A DNA stretch of 64,000 nucleotides, taken from an uncultured delta proteobacterium (GTDB taxonomy: Bacteria; Desulfobacterota; Binatia; Binatales; Binataceae). The stretch is from contig CAWEEQ010000004.1 of assembly GCA_963808235.1 (NCBI GenBank), positions 2,976,001 to 3,040,000 of the forward strand, given 5' to 3'. Positions 1 through 9,650 of this stretch are shown here, one piece after another. Positions within the stretch are counted from its first letter, which is position 1; the number at the start of each line of letters is the position of its first letter. Under the pieces are notes generated by a model. That model was not told where the DNA came from. It saw only the letters and a list, made by a program, of their open reading frames with translations, and made no database searches. A program made the translations under genes and the position numbers.

Positions 1-183
1 CCGCCTTCTTTCCGCCATATAAGCGTTCGGCTCGATCCGTGTCAATACTATCAGACGCCGACAAATTAATCATACCAGCGTGAACGCCACCCAGACCAGC
101 TTCGTTATGATCTCGAGTCAAGATCTCGAGTCAGAATCGTTGATCGCAAATTCCCGAAGTCTACTCTCGCGCGCTCGCCGGAC

Positions 184-1773
184 TCAGAATCCGAACATGT
201 TGCCCGGCACCACAGTGATCAAATTCGTCCTGACATGAACCGGCGACGCGCTCTCCGCGATCGTGACGGCTTGATTCTTCTGCGCGTCGGTCGTGACCGT
301 TCCGCCCAGGTACGCATCATGATCGATCACCTTGATCGTGACCTGGTTCAGCCCCGCGTTGGCGAGTTGTTGCGCTATCCGAGCTTGACGCGCGGCCCAG
401 TCGCTTTCGTCCGTCGCCAATGAATCGATCACATTGCCGACTCCCGGCACCCCGCGCACCACGCGCTCCGCGTATTGCTTGGCCTGGGCATCGAACACTT
501 TGCCGAAAATCGTCACCGTGCTGCCGCTCGTATAACAGTCAACCCGGCGCAGTCTCGGATTTGACGAAAGCACCTGCTTGACGCTCTGCTGCAAGGTAAG
601 CGTCGGCGGCGGTTCGCGCGACGCAAGTTCGCGCCTCACGGTGTGCTTGCGAGGGCGAGGAGCCGACGCCGGCGGAGCCTCCGAGGAGGGCACTCCCTCC
701 GGCACCGCGGCTACGGCAGGCGGCGGTGCGGCGGGCGCCGCCGCTGCTTCCGTCGCGGGAGACGGCGCCGACGCGGCTTCAGAAGGGCCTGCTGACGGCG
801 CAGCCGGGGCGGGTGCACTCGCAAATTCCGGCGCCTCGGTCGGGCTTAGATTGGTCAGCTTCGAGTTCAGCTGCGAATCAAGCGAATCTTTCGTGGCCGG
901 ATCATTGGTGAAAATGATCGGATAATCAACTTCAACTTCTCCGCCACTGAAGGCCGGAAAATTCCACGCCGAGACATCCTTCACGACTTCGGCGTCGAGA
1001 CCCGGATTTGGATTGGTCGAGGTCCTTACCGAGGCTGCGTCCACGCTGCCATTGGGCAGTATTCGCGCCCGCAGCACCATCGCGTCGCGGATCGTCGCAT
1101 CGCCCGCGAGCGCGCGCGAATAGCTCTCAACCAACGCTGCCTTGTGATCATCGAAAACCTTTCGCGCTGCATCCTGGTTGCGCTCCGGTGCCGAGGCCGA
1201 CTCGCCGGTGACCTGAACCGTCATCACTTTCGATAGGTCCACCGACGGCACGGTTGGCATCGATGCTGCCGGGGCCGCCGGCGCGGCCGGCGAGGCTTGC
1301 GCCACCGGCTGCTCCGCGTTTCTGTTGCTCAGATGAAGCGCCAGCCATGCGCCACCGCCGAGCGCGATTATCGCCGCGAGCAGGTAGCCGAGGACGCCAA
1401 ACATCCCGCGGCTCTTTTCGTCTTCGTCCTGGCTGTCGGGCATCTTGCCCGTAAATCGCATCGACGGCGACGGATCGCGCGCGGCTTTTGTGCCTCGCGG
1501 TGGTGAGGCTGGAGGCGGCGGCATGTATTGGTTCGCGGGCGCTTCCACGCCCAGCCTCGCACCGCAGAAATTGCAGATGAGTTCGCCCGGCTGCGCTTTA
1601 CCGCCACAGACCGGACATTCGATCGGCGCATCCGCAGCGGAGACAACGCTGGTGGCCGGGCGCTTCGCGCTCTCCGAAAATGTGGGCCCCGACTTGACCA
1701 GGGCAGTGCCGTCAGCTTCGCAAAACGTTTCCGAATCCGGGAATATCTTATCGCAGCGCGGGCATCGTTTCAT
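184..1773 (-). CDS. Membrane-anchored protein: two N-terminal Zn-ribbons, TM helix, TonB_C/AgmX-PglI-like domain, Pro/Ala linker, two C-terminal BON domains
   Basis: CPRC..CEAD and CPVC..CNFC motifs; TM GVLGYLLAAIIALGGGAWLAL; 'ILPNGSVDAASV...WNFPAFSGGEVEVDYPIIF' TonB_C-like; 'VTIFGKV..AERVVRGVPGVGNVIDSL' and 'AYLGGTVTTDAQKNQAVTIA' BON-like. Confidence 0.75.
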   Translation of the reverse strand: MKRCPRCDKIFPDSETFCEADGTALVKSGPTFSESAKRPATSVVSAADAPIECPVCGGKAQPGELICNFCGARLGVEAPANQYMPPPPASPPRGTKAARDPSPSMRFTGKMPDSQDEDEKSRGMFGVLGYLLAAIIALGGGAWLALHLSNRNAEQPVAQASPAAPAAPAASMPTVPSVDLSKVMTVQVTGESASAPERNQDAARKVFDDHKAALVESYSRALAGDATIRDAMVLRARILPNGSVDAASVRTSTNPNPGLDAEVVKDVSAWNFPAFSGGEVEVDYPIIFTNDPATKDSLDSQLNSKLTNLSPTEAPEFASAPAPAAPSAGPSEAASAPSPATEAAAAPAAPPPAVAAVPEGVPSSEAPPASAPRPRKHTVRRELASREPPPTLTLQQSVKQVLSSNPRLRRVDCYTSGSTVTIFGKVFDAQAKQYAERVVRGVPGVGNVIDSLATDESDWAARQARIAQQLANAGLNQVTIKVIDHDAYLGGTVTTDAQKNQAVTIAESASPVHVRTNLITVVPGNMFGF

Positions 1774-1899
1774 CTTCTTTCAGGTGCGCCTCCGGCGGGT
1801 AGTTTTGGCGGAGTATCATCGATACCAATCATCACTTACTGATCATATCGATTTATTGATCATACCGATCATAGCCACAAATTGTGGAAGCGCAAATTG

Positions 1900-2751
1900 C
1901 TATTGTCGTGCGATCACCTCGGCGCCGAACTTCTCCATCGACGCGATATGGTCCCGGGTCGTCGCCCCCGGGCCGACAATTATTCTGGACACGCCCATCT
2001 CGGCGAACTGTCCTATCTCCTCGGGTTTCAACTGCTCGCGAAGACGGCTCACCGTCAACTCGAGCGGGACGGTCCGGCCGACTGCGCGTTCATGCTCGCG
2101 AAGTCGCTTGATCGTCGCGCCGATCTGACCGGTATCTTCCGCGATTCCGTACCATCCGTCGCCGAGTTTTGCGGCGCGCTTCAGCGACGGTTCGGTGTTA
2201 CCGCCAAACACAATCGGCGGATGCGGTTTCTGCGCGGGCTTGGGCATAAACTTGAACCCTTCCGTCGCGATCGTCTTGCCGTGATAATTTGGCGAATCGC
2301 TGGTCCACAGTTCTTTCATCAGTGCGAGATATTCGCGGGTGCGCAGCGCGCGATCCTTGAAGTTCATTCCGACCGCCGCGAACTCTTCCTCGAGCCATCC
2401 GATTCCGACCCCGAAAATAAACCGTCCACCCGACAGAACGTCGAGACTAGCAACCGCCTTTGCGGTCGTGAACGCATTGCGAATTGGCAAGACGAAAACT
2501 CCGGTGGCAAGACGAATTTTGCTCGTAATCCCGGCGACGTAGGCCAGCGCCAGCATCGGATCGTGCAGCGGCGTCTCCGGCGGCGCACCCATCCTTCCAC
2601 TTGAAGAATACGGATACGGCGAGCGGTAGGTTACAGGCAGAATTATGTGCTCGGGAATCCACAGCGACTCGAAGCCGCACTCCTCCGCCTTGCGCGCGAC
2701 CGCGCCAATACTGTTCGGCGAAGTCTGATACAGAAAGGTTCCGAACTTCAC
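1900..2751 (-). CDS. LLM-class (luciferase-like) probable F420-dependent oxidoreductase
   Basis: AEECGFESLWIPEH, IRLATGV, LDVLSGGRFIFGVGIGW, PKPAQKPHPPI motifs. Confidence 0.9.
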   Translation of the reverse strand: MKFGTFLYQTSPNSIGAVARKAEECGFESLWIPEHIILPVTYRSPYPYSSSGRMGAPPETPLHDPMLALAYVAGITSKIRLATGVFVLPIRNAFTTAKAVASLDVLSGGRFIFGVGIGWLEEEFAAVGMNFKDRALRTREYLALMKELWTSDSPNYHGKTIATEGFKFMPKPAQKPHPPIVFGGNTEPSLKRAAKLGDGWYGIAEDTGQIGATIKRLREHERAVGRTVPLELTVSRLREQLKPEEIGQFAEMGVSRIIVGPGATTRDHIASMEKFGAEVIARQ

Positions 2752-2984
2752 TTCTTTCTTCCTCCGGTCACTGGATCGCCCTCCAGACGAAATCCGATCC
2801 GCACCTCGACCTGGAACTCCACCGCGCCGGTCTTGCTGACCGCGCCGCGGATCGGCCCCACTTCGAACCAGTCGATATTGCGAATCGTCTGGCGCGCTTT
2901 GGCGATCGCGTTACGCACCGCCTGCTGGACGCTGTCCTCGGACACTCCCACCACTTCGATTATCTTGTAGGTCTTATCCGGCAT
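2748..2984 (-). CDS. Dodecin (flavin-binding)
   Basis: YKIIEVVGVS..AIAKA..TIRNIDWFEV..IRG..FQV..GF dodecin signature; 4-bp overlap with the LLM start. Confidence 0.92.
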   Translation of the reverse strand: MPDKTYKIIEVVGVSEDSVQQAVRNAIAKARQTIRNIDWFEVGPIRGAVSKTGAVEFQVEVRIGFRLEGDPVTGGRKK

Positions 2985-3029
2985 GATTCCTCCGCGCGGC
3001 GCGCGCCATCTGATGTCCTTATTTCAAGT

Positions 3030-4451
3030 CTAGTCGCTTGCCAGCTTCACCGCGAAGACCGCGGGATCCTCAATCGCACGCAGATCGAGCTGAAACGAAT
3101 CATCGACAATCCTGCCGATGATCCGCGCGCGCCGGAACATCGCCGCGATCGCATTCGCCGATTTCTCCCGATGCGTCACGCGCAGCGCAACCGTCTCCAG
3201 TTCCTTGACCGGCAGCGCGCCCGAGCCGACCTGCGAACTCGCATCGACGATTTCGACCCGGTACTCGACGCCGAGCCGCTCGAGCAGTATCTCTCGCGCC
3301 CGCGGCGCCATCGCGGCAATCTCACTTACTTTGCGCCCGAGAATTCTCAAGGTCGGAAGTTCCGCGCCGATGTCTCGCGAGCGCAGGTAGAGCCTGAGTG
3401 TCGCCGACAGCGCCGCCAGCGTGAGCTTGTCGCATCTGAGCGCGCGCTTCAGCGGATTGCGCTTGATTCGCTCGATCGCCTCGCGACGACCGACGATCAC
3501 TCCCGCCTGCGGACCGCCGAGCAGCTTGTCCCCCGAGAACGTCACAATCGCCGCGCCCATCTCGATTCGCTCGCGCACAATCGGTTCGCGCGGCAATCCG
3601 AACTGCTCCAGATCGACGAGCGCCCCGGACCCGAGATCCTCCATCACGTCAACACCGCGCTCGCGCCCAATTTCCACCAGGTCTTCGAGCGTAACTTCGC
3701 TGGTGAACCCGACCACCCGGTAGTTCGACGGATGCACCTTCAGCAGCAGCGCCGTCTCGGGCCCGATCGCATCCGCATAGTCGCCGCGATGCGTCCGATT
3801 GGTCGTTCCCACTTCCCGCAAACGCGCCCCGCTCTTCGCCATCACGTCGGGCAGGCGAAACGATCCGCCGATTTCGATCATCTCGCCGCGCGAGACGACG
3901 ACCTCACGTCCTTCCGCCATCGAGTTAAGCGCGAGCACGACCGCGGCCGCATTGTTGTTCACGACCGTCGCAGCTTCGGCACCGGTCAGCGCACAAATCT
4001 CGTCCTCGACGATCGTATCGCGATCTCCACGGTCGCCGGTTTCGAGATCGTATTCCAGATTGAGCGGCGAGCGCCCCGCCTCTTCGACCGCTTCGATCGC
4101 CGATTCCGCCAGGATTGCCCGGCCGAGGTTGGTATGCAGCACGACGCCGGTAGCATTGACCACCGGGCGAAGCCGCGGCTCGTCGGCGGCGATCGCCCGC
4201 TCGGCGGCGCGCGCGACTGCGTCGATCATCGCCGCACGATCGCCGAGCGCTGCGCGCCCCGCGATGATCGCGGCGCGCAACTCCGCCTGCGCCCGCTGCA
4301 CCTGTAGCTTCAGGTAGCTGCGGCTGAATCCGCCGAGCGCCGGAAGAGACTCCAATGCGCGCAGGCACTCGTCGATCGGCGGCAGACCGCGCCGTATCTC
4401 CGCGCTACGCTCGTCGCCTGCCGCAACTTTCTTTCCCGATTTGTTCGACAC
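3030..4451 (-). CDS. selA: L-seryl-tRNA(Sec) selenium transferase
   Basis: VNATGVVLHTNLGRA, VVNNNAAAV, SRGEMIEIGGSFR, EVGTTNRT, FSGDKLLGGPQAG (PLP lysine). Confidence 0.97.
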   Translation of the reverse strand: MSNKSGKKVAAGDERSAEIRRGLPPIDECLRALESLPALGGFSRSYLKLQVQRAQAELRAAIIAGRAALGDRAAMIDAVARAAERAIAADEPRLRPVVNATGVVLHTNLGRAILAESAIEAVEEAGRSPLNLEYDLETGDRGDRDTIVEDEICALTGAEAATVVNNNAAAVVLALNSMAEGREVVVSRGEMIEIGGSFRLPDVMAKSGARLREVGTTNRTHRGDYADAIGPETALLLKVHPSNYRVVGFTSEVTLEDLVEIGRERGVDVMEDLGSGALVDLEQFGLPREPIVRERIEMGAAIVTFSGDKLLGGPQAGVIVGRREAIERIKRNPLKRALRCDKLTLAALSATLRLYLRSRDIGAELPTLRILGRKVSEIAAMAPRAREILLERLGVEYRVEIVDASSQVGSGALPVKELETVALRVTHREKSANAIAAMFRRARIIGRIVDDSFQLDLRAIEDPAVFAVKLASD

Positions 4452-4499
4452 CGTTGATGCGATTATCGAAGAGCGCCGCCCGTCAGCGCAATACGTCCG

Positions 4500-5807
4500 C
4501 TATGCCGGCGAGTCTTCGATTTCAGCCTGTGCGTGCGCGATCAGCTTGAGCCGCGTGAGCAGAAGAAATCCGCACAGCAGCGAAAACGCCGCGCAGAACA
4601 GCACCGCCGTGCGAGGATTCCAATGCTCGCCGATAAATCCAACCGCGAGACTGCCGATCGGCGCCGTGCCGATGAACGACAGCGTGTAGATGCTCATCAC
4701 GCGCCCGCGCAGCTCGTCCGAAACGAACATCTGCAGCAGCGTGTTGGTGGTCACCATGTGATTCATCAGGCCGACCCCGATAAACATCTGCGCCACCAGC
4801 GAGAGCGCCATCCATTTCGAAACTCCGAAGACGGCGGTCGAAATCGCCATGCAAAAAATTCCGAACACGAGGTTCTGGCGAAGCGCTTTGGGAGCCGTCG
4901 AGCGCATGTTCATCACAATCGCGCTCGCCACCGCGCCGAGTCCCTGCGCCGCCATCAAAAATCCGTAGCCATGCGCGCCGACGTTCAGCAGGTCGCGAGC
5001 GAAGACCGGAATCAGCACCGAGTACTGCATCCCGAATCCCATGTTGATCGCGACCAGCACCATCAGCCAAAGCGTCGGCCGATGCCGCCACACGTACCCG
5101 AGCCCAAGCCGCACCTGCCGCATCATCATCGCGCCAAATTGCCGTCGCTCCCGGCGCGGCACGTCCATCTCGGCCAGGCTCCAGATGACCGCGAGAAAGC
5201 TGATCCCGTTGAGCAGGAAGCATCCCGCCACGCCAATCACCGCGATCGAAAGACCGGCTATCGCCGGCCCGATCATCCGCGCGCCGTTGAAGATCATCGA
5301 GTTCATCGCGATCGCATTCGGCAAGTCCTCGCGCCCCACCATCTCGACCACGAACGCCTGCCGCCCCGGCATGTCGAACGAACTCACGAACCCGTTGAGC
5401 GCGGCGAGGATTATCACGTGCTCGACTCGCACCACTCCGGTAAAGGTCAGCGCCGCCAGCACGAACGCGCTTAGCATCAGCAGCGTCTGCGCCGCGATTA
5501 TCAGCCGGCGTCGATCCACGTGATCGACCACCACGCCCGCAAACAGCGCGACCAGCACGATCGGCGTGAAACTCGCGAACGACACGACTCCAAGCATGAA
5601 CGCCGAGTTGGTGAGCTTCAGGACCAGCCACGCCTGCGCGACCGATTGCATCCAGGTGCCGATCAGCGAGACGAGTTGTCCGGCGAAAAAAAGTTTGAAA
5701 TTCCGATGCCGCAGTGCGCGAAAGGCGGTCAGCCTCCCGCCCCAAAAATCCTGTTCTGGAATGTCGCCGCCGCGCTCGTCAACTTCGGCAGCTTCAATCT
5801 CGGGCAC
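4500..5807 (-). CDS. MFS transporter (MFS_3/EntS-like)
   Basis: RNFKLFFAGQLVSLIGTWMQ start, D(R)RR loop motif, ELRGRVMSIY, about 12 TM segments. Confidence 0.9.
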   Translation of the reverse strand: MPEIEAAEVDERGGDIPEQDFWGGRLTAFRALRHRNFKLFFAGQLVSLIGTWMQSVAQAWLVLKLTNSAFMLGVVSFASFTPIVLVALFAGVVVDHVDRRRLIIAAQTLLMLSAFVLAALTFTGVVRVEHVIILAALNGFVSSFDMPGRQAFVVEMVGREDLPNAIAMNSMIFNGARMIGPAIAGLSIAVIGVAGCFLLNGISFLAVIWSLAEMDVPRRERRQFGAMMMRQVRLGLGYVWRHRPTLWLMVLVAINMGFGMQYSVLIPVFARDLLNVGAHGYGFLMAAQGLGAVASAIVMNMRSTAPKALRQNLVFGIFCMAISTAVFGVSKWMALSLVAQMFIGVGLMNHMVTTNTLLQMFVSDELRGRVMSIYTLSFIGTAPIGSLAVGFIGEHWNPRTAVLFCAAFSLLCGFLLLTRLKLIAHAQAEIEDSPA

Positions 5808-5937
5808 CGTGTCGATGACTATCTCTCCGAAAAATTTCTACGCCGCGTGCCAGTGGCACTTCGGCGCGCGTCCAGCGCGACGGGTGAGGGCGCTCGCCCG
5901 TCTTCAATGATCGCAGTAAGGATCTCTTTTCGATACT

Positions 5938-7905
5938 TTGCCAGACCCAATCTCCTCAATCGAGTGGCTTGCCGCGAACTCACCTCTTTGCAAACTTGAG
6001 CGCGTGAACCTCTCGCGCATCGAATTGCGTTACGCCGATTCGAACGGCCATGCGCATGCGCTAAGCTTTGCGCCCTCGCCGACGGGAGAGAACGCCACGA
6101 CGGACCGCGACGTCGCGCTCTCGGCGCGCCTCGAACACGCGCTCGGCGGCACCATGATCCATGTCGCGATCGCAAATCGCGGCGACCAGCCGATTCGCCT
6201 CGACGCCGTGCTGTTCGAAGTCGCAACCGGGATCGCGCCCAACGCGCCGGCACGATTCTTCAAGCACGGTTACCAGTCATGGAGCGGCTCTGCCGCTGTC
6301 GATATCGGCGGATCGAAGTCTCGATCTCACCCCCGCGACGGTGCGAATTTCATCATCCGTCTAAATCATCAAAGCGAATCGACCCGCACCGCCGAATTCC
6401 CCGAAGTACTCACCTCGGAACTATTCACGGTCGTCGAGAGCCCGACTATTTCCGAACGCATCATGGCCGGCTTCGTCGGGGCCGCGTCCACGCTCACGAC
6501 GATCACCGTTCCCTCGCCGGAAAAAATCATCGCACGCGCGATCCTCGACGGCGTCACTCTCGATCCGCGCGCGCGTCGCGAACTCGATCCGCTCCTCATC
6601 ATCGCCGCCGCCGACTCCTCAGCGCGACTCGCCGCGCGATGGGCCGACGCGACCGGCCGATGGATGAACGCGCGCGTCGGCGCGCCGTTCCAGCGTGGAT
6701 GGTGTTCCTGGTACCACTACTTTCACGCCATCACCGAAGACGCACTCCGCGCCAACATCAAGGCGCTCGCTGCGATGCGCTCCGAGTTTCCGCTCGAAGT
6801 GATCCAACTCGATGACGGCTTCCAGTCCGCACTCGGCGACTGGGATATCGCCAACGCAAAATTCCCGAGCGGTCTCCGCAAAATCGCAGAAGAGATTCGC
6901 GCCAGTGGATTCAAAGCCGGCATCTGGACCGCGCCGTTCCTCGCCGCGCGCGACTCACGCGTGATGCGCGAGCATCCCGACTGGTTCATCATTCACGAAA
7001 AAACTGACGAGCCGATCCGCGCCGGTTACAACACCAATTGGACCACGAGCAAAGACGCGTTCGCATACGCACTCGACCCGAGCCATCCGGGATTCCGCGC
7101 GCACCTTGAGCATCTGTTCGAAAAGCTCACGCGCGAATTCGGCTACTCGTACCTGAAACTCGATTTTCTGTACGCGGCCGCCGCGCCTGGACGTCGCCAC
7201 AATCCAAACTTCACTCGCGGCGAGACTCTCCGCCGCGGCCTCGAGGCGATTCGCGCCGGCGCCGGCGACGACGCGTTCATCCTCGGATGCGGTTGCCCGC
7301 TTGGGCAGGCGGTCGGCATCGTCGACGGGATGCGCGTGGGCCCCGACGTCGCGCCGTTTTGGGGATCGACCGCGACCGGCACCGGCGATCCTTCGACGGT
7401 TTACGCCCTCGACGCGATCGTCGCGCGCAGCTTCATGCATCGCCGGCTATGGCTCAACGATCCCGACTGCCTGATGCTCCGGGCGCGCGAAACCCGTCTC
7501 ACTGCCGACGAGCGCGCCGCACTGGCCGCAGTCATCGGCGCGAGCGGCGGGATGCTGCTCATCTCGGACGACATGTCGCTGCTCGGCAGCAACGAGGGAA
7601 AGTTGTACCGCACGGTCGCCGAGATGAGCGCGAAGATCGATTCAATCTCAGCGCACGAACCAATTCTGCCGCTCGATCTGATGTCCAGCGCAGACGTGAG
7701 AGGCTTCAAAATTGTTACTCCGGTGGGTGCGATCGCGATGGTCCTGAATCGGGGCGACTCACCAGCCCAGGTGCAGTCTTCAGAAATCAATCTCGGCAGC
7801 GGAGAAGCGACCACACTCGACTTGGCGACGGAAGAAAAAAACGCCGTCTTCGACACAATCGATCTCCAACCGCACTCAGCCCGAATCATCCGTGCTCGCG
7901 GGTGA
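5938..7905 (+). CDS. Glycoside hydrolase family 36 (alpha-galactosidase / alpha-GalNAcase-like)
   Basis: GWCSWY, IQLDDGFQ, KFPSG, YLKLDFLY (nucleophile), MRVGPDV (acid/base), WLNDPDC. Confidence 0.9.
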   Translation: MPDPISSIEWLAANSPLCKLERVNLSRIELRYADSNGHAHALSFAPSPTGENATTDRDVALSARLEHALGGTMIHVAIANRGDQPIRLDAVLFEVATGIAPNAPARFFKHGYQSWSGSAAVDIGGSKSRSHPRDGANFIIRLNHQSESTRTAEFPEVLTSELFTVVESPTISERIMAGFVGAASTLTTITVPSPEKIIARAILDGVTLDPRARRELDPLLIIAAADSSARLAARWADATGRWMNARVGAPFQRGWCSWYHYFHAITEDALRANIKALAAMRSEFPLEVIQLDDGFQSALGDWDIANAKFPSGLRKIAEEIRASGFKAGIWTAPFLAARDSRVMREHPDWFIIHEKTDEPIRAGYNTNWTTSKDAFAYALDPSHPGFRAHLEHLFEKLTREFGYSYLKLDFLYAAAAPGRRHNPNFTRGETLRRGLEAIRAGAGDDAFILGCGCPLGQAVGIVDGMRVGPDVAPFWGSTATGTGDPSTVYALDAIVARSFMHRRLWLNDPDCLMLRARETRLTADERAALAAVIGASGGMLLISDDMSLLGSNEGKLYRTVAEMSAKIDSISAHEPILPLDLMSSADVRGFKIVTPVGAIAMVLNRGDSPAQVQSSEINLGSGEATTLDLATEEKNAVFDTIDLQPHSARIIRARG

Positions 7906-8217
7906 GGGCGCCCATCACATCACGCAGCCCGCATCTCGATCACGCTCGCGCCCACAGCTTCGTGCCTCGTCCCCTTTTTTTGTGTCATTCTGAGCGAAGC
8001 GAAGAATCCCGGATCTTTCTCAGCGCCAATTCCACCACGCCTTGCGCGCACCCCCCGATGCGCCCGCGCACAAGATCCGACTCCTTACGTCAGGGAGAAA
8101 CTCTTTGAACACTCGCCTCGCCCGCCGCTGGCGACTTCGTCACCATCCGTGATCGGGTGAGGGCGCCCGACACCAGCACTCACTCACACAGCCCGCATCT
8201 CGATCACGCTCGCGCCC
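7887..8217. repeat. Imperfect ~70-bp direct duplication of the junction between two convergent genes (copies 7887-7953 and 8144-8217)
   Basis: Both copies read CATCCGTG..GGGTGAGGGCGCCC..TCAC(G/A)CAGCCCGCATCTCGATCACGCTCGCGCCC. Confidence 0.85.
7981..8020 (+). repeat. REP-like repeat family A (TGTCATTCTGAGCGnAGCGAAGAATCCCGGATCTTT)
   Basis: Similar copies at 49291, 49353, 50938, 62467 (partial) and 62673. Confidence 0.85.
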
Positions 8218-9581
8218 GCGCCCGCACGCAGCACCGACCTGAACTCTTCAACTGCGTCGCCCGGATAAAACTTCGCGTAATATCCACGATCGATCGATTC
8301 GATCACCGACACCGCCGCGTCCGCCTCGCACAGCGCCACGATCGATCCTCCAAACCCCGCGCCCGTAAGCCGCGCCCCAAGCGCACCGCCATCGCGCGCA
8401 CACTCAACCATCGCATCGAGCCGCGCGGTGCTGCATTCGAAATCATCGGCGAGACTCCGATGCGACCGGTTCATCAAATCGCCCATCTCTGCGAGGCGCC
8501 CCGCTTCGAGCGCGTCCGTCGCGCGAATCACCCGCTCCGTTTCACTGAGCACATGACGCGCGCGTTTCAGAATTTCCAGCGGCCGTTTCGCGTCGAGCAC
8601 GATACGAGTCGCCCCCTCGCCAAGCAGCTCCGCCTCGAGCAATGAATGTGGCACGCCGATAATTTGCGCAGCTTCCTTCAGATCGGCGCCGAGTCGCTCG
8701 GGCGCACTATGCGCCAGCGTCGCGATCAACTCCGCCGCACTCCAGTCGCTCAGCGTACGGACGACGTCGCCGAGGATTCTCATCTTGTCGAGCTTCAACG
8801 CCCGACCCAGTATTCGCGCCGCGACCGCGCATTCCACCACGCGCCGATTATATTCGGCGCGCACTTTGCCCGACTTGTCCGCGACCTCGCGGCTGTCGGC
8901 TACCACAAGAGCCGCGTTCGACGGCATCTTCACGCGACGCACTCTGAGCGGATCAAACTCAATAAACAGCACATGGTCGCGACGCCCGAGAATCGACGCC
9001 GCCTGATCCATTCCGCCCGCCCGCGTCCCGACATACCACTCGCTGCGCGCAATCATCGCCGCCGCTTCGAGCGGTTCGAGCTCGAGCCCATTCACCGCCA
9101 TAAACGCCATCGCACTGGACACGGTGAGCGCAGCTGACGACGACAGCCCCGCAGCCGCCGGCACGCGCCCCTCGACGACCATCACCGCGCCGCGCAAATT
9201 TTCGACCTCGATAGCTCGCGCACCGAAGTGATCGACGACGCCCTGCACCGCCGCCTTGACGTAGTTAGCCCAATCGCCGGTTTGGTACGGCGGTATCTGC
9301 CGCTCGACTGTGAAACGCCGCGACGCCCATCGCGAATCAGCATTCGAGATTTCGATCTCACGTGCAGTGTTCGCGGATGCGACCACAATCGTAGATCGAT
9401 CGATCGCAACCGGCAGCACCGGCAGCCCGCTATAGTCAGTATGCTCCCCAATAAGATTCACCCGCCCCGGCGCCCGCACCGCAAACACCCGCGCCTCCGC
9501 ACCCACCCGCCCCCGCACCTGGGATGCGAGCCGCCCCGCCCGCTCAAGCTCCGCACTATCCCATCCATTCGCGTCAATCAT
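8184..9581 (-). CDS. galK: Galactokinase (GHMP family), eukaryote-like Gal1/GALK2 type
   Basis: PGRVNLIGEHTDY, PAAAGLSSSAA, GGMDQ, GARLTGAGFGG. Confidence 0.9.
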   Translation of the reverse strand: MIDANGWDSAELERAGRLASQVRGRVGAEARVFAVRAPGRVNLIGEHTDYSGLPVLPVAIDRSTIVVASANTAREIEISNADSRWASRRFTVERQIPPYQTGDWANYVKAAVQGVVDHFGARAIEVENLRGAVMVVEGRVPAAAGLSSSAALTVSSAMAFMAVNGLELEPLEAAAMIARSEWYVGTRAGGMDQAASILGRRDHVLFIEFDPLRVRRVKMPSNAALVVADSREVADKSGKVRAEYNRRVVECAVAARILGRALKLDKMRILGDVVRTLSDWSAAELIATLAHSAPERLGADLKEAAQIIGVPHSLLEAELLGEGATRIVLDAKRPLEILKRARHVLSETERVIRATDALEAGRLAEMGDLMNRSHRSLADDFECSTARLDAMVECARDGGALGARLTGAGFGGSIVALCEADAAVSVIESIDRGYYAKFYPGDAVEEFRSVLRAGAGASVIEMRAV

Positions 9582-9605
9582 CGCCGAATTTCTATTGATC
9601 CGGTT

Positions 9606-9640
9606 CCCCTTCCCACATGGGAAGGGGTTGGGGGTTAGGT
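9606..9640 (+). repeat. REP-like repeat family B (CCCCTTCCC-N4/5-GGGAAGGGG..GGGGTTAG hairpin)
   Basis: Near-identical copy at 51035-51069; related CCTCTCC..GGAGAGG hairpins at 51548, 60660, 60806 and 62895. Confidence 0.8.
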
Positions 9641-9650
9641 TGACTGAGGA

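Noticed and set aside
109-133. 12-bp tandem repeat GATCTCGAGTCA
   Set aside because: Only two copies and no associated feature.
2601-4307. Long antisense or alternate-frame ORFs (e.g. 2601-4307, 17557-19290, 28204-29604, 37326-38840)
   Set aside because: Shadow ORFs of real genes in GC-rich DNA, Arg-rich and without motifs.
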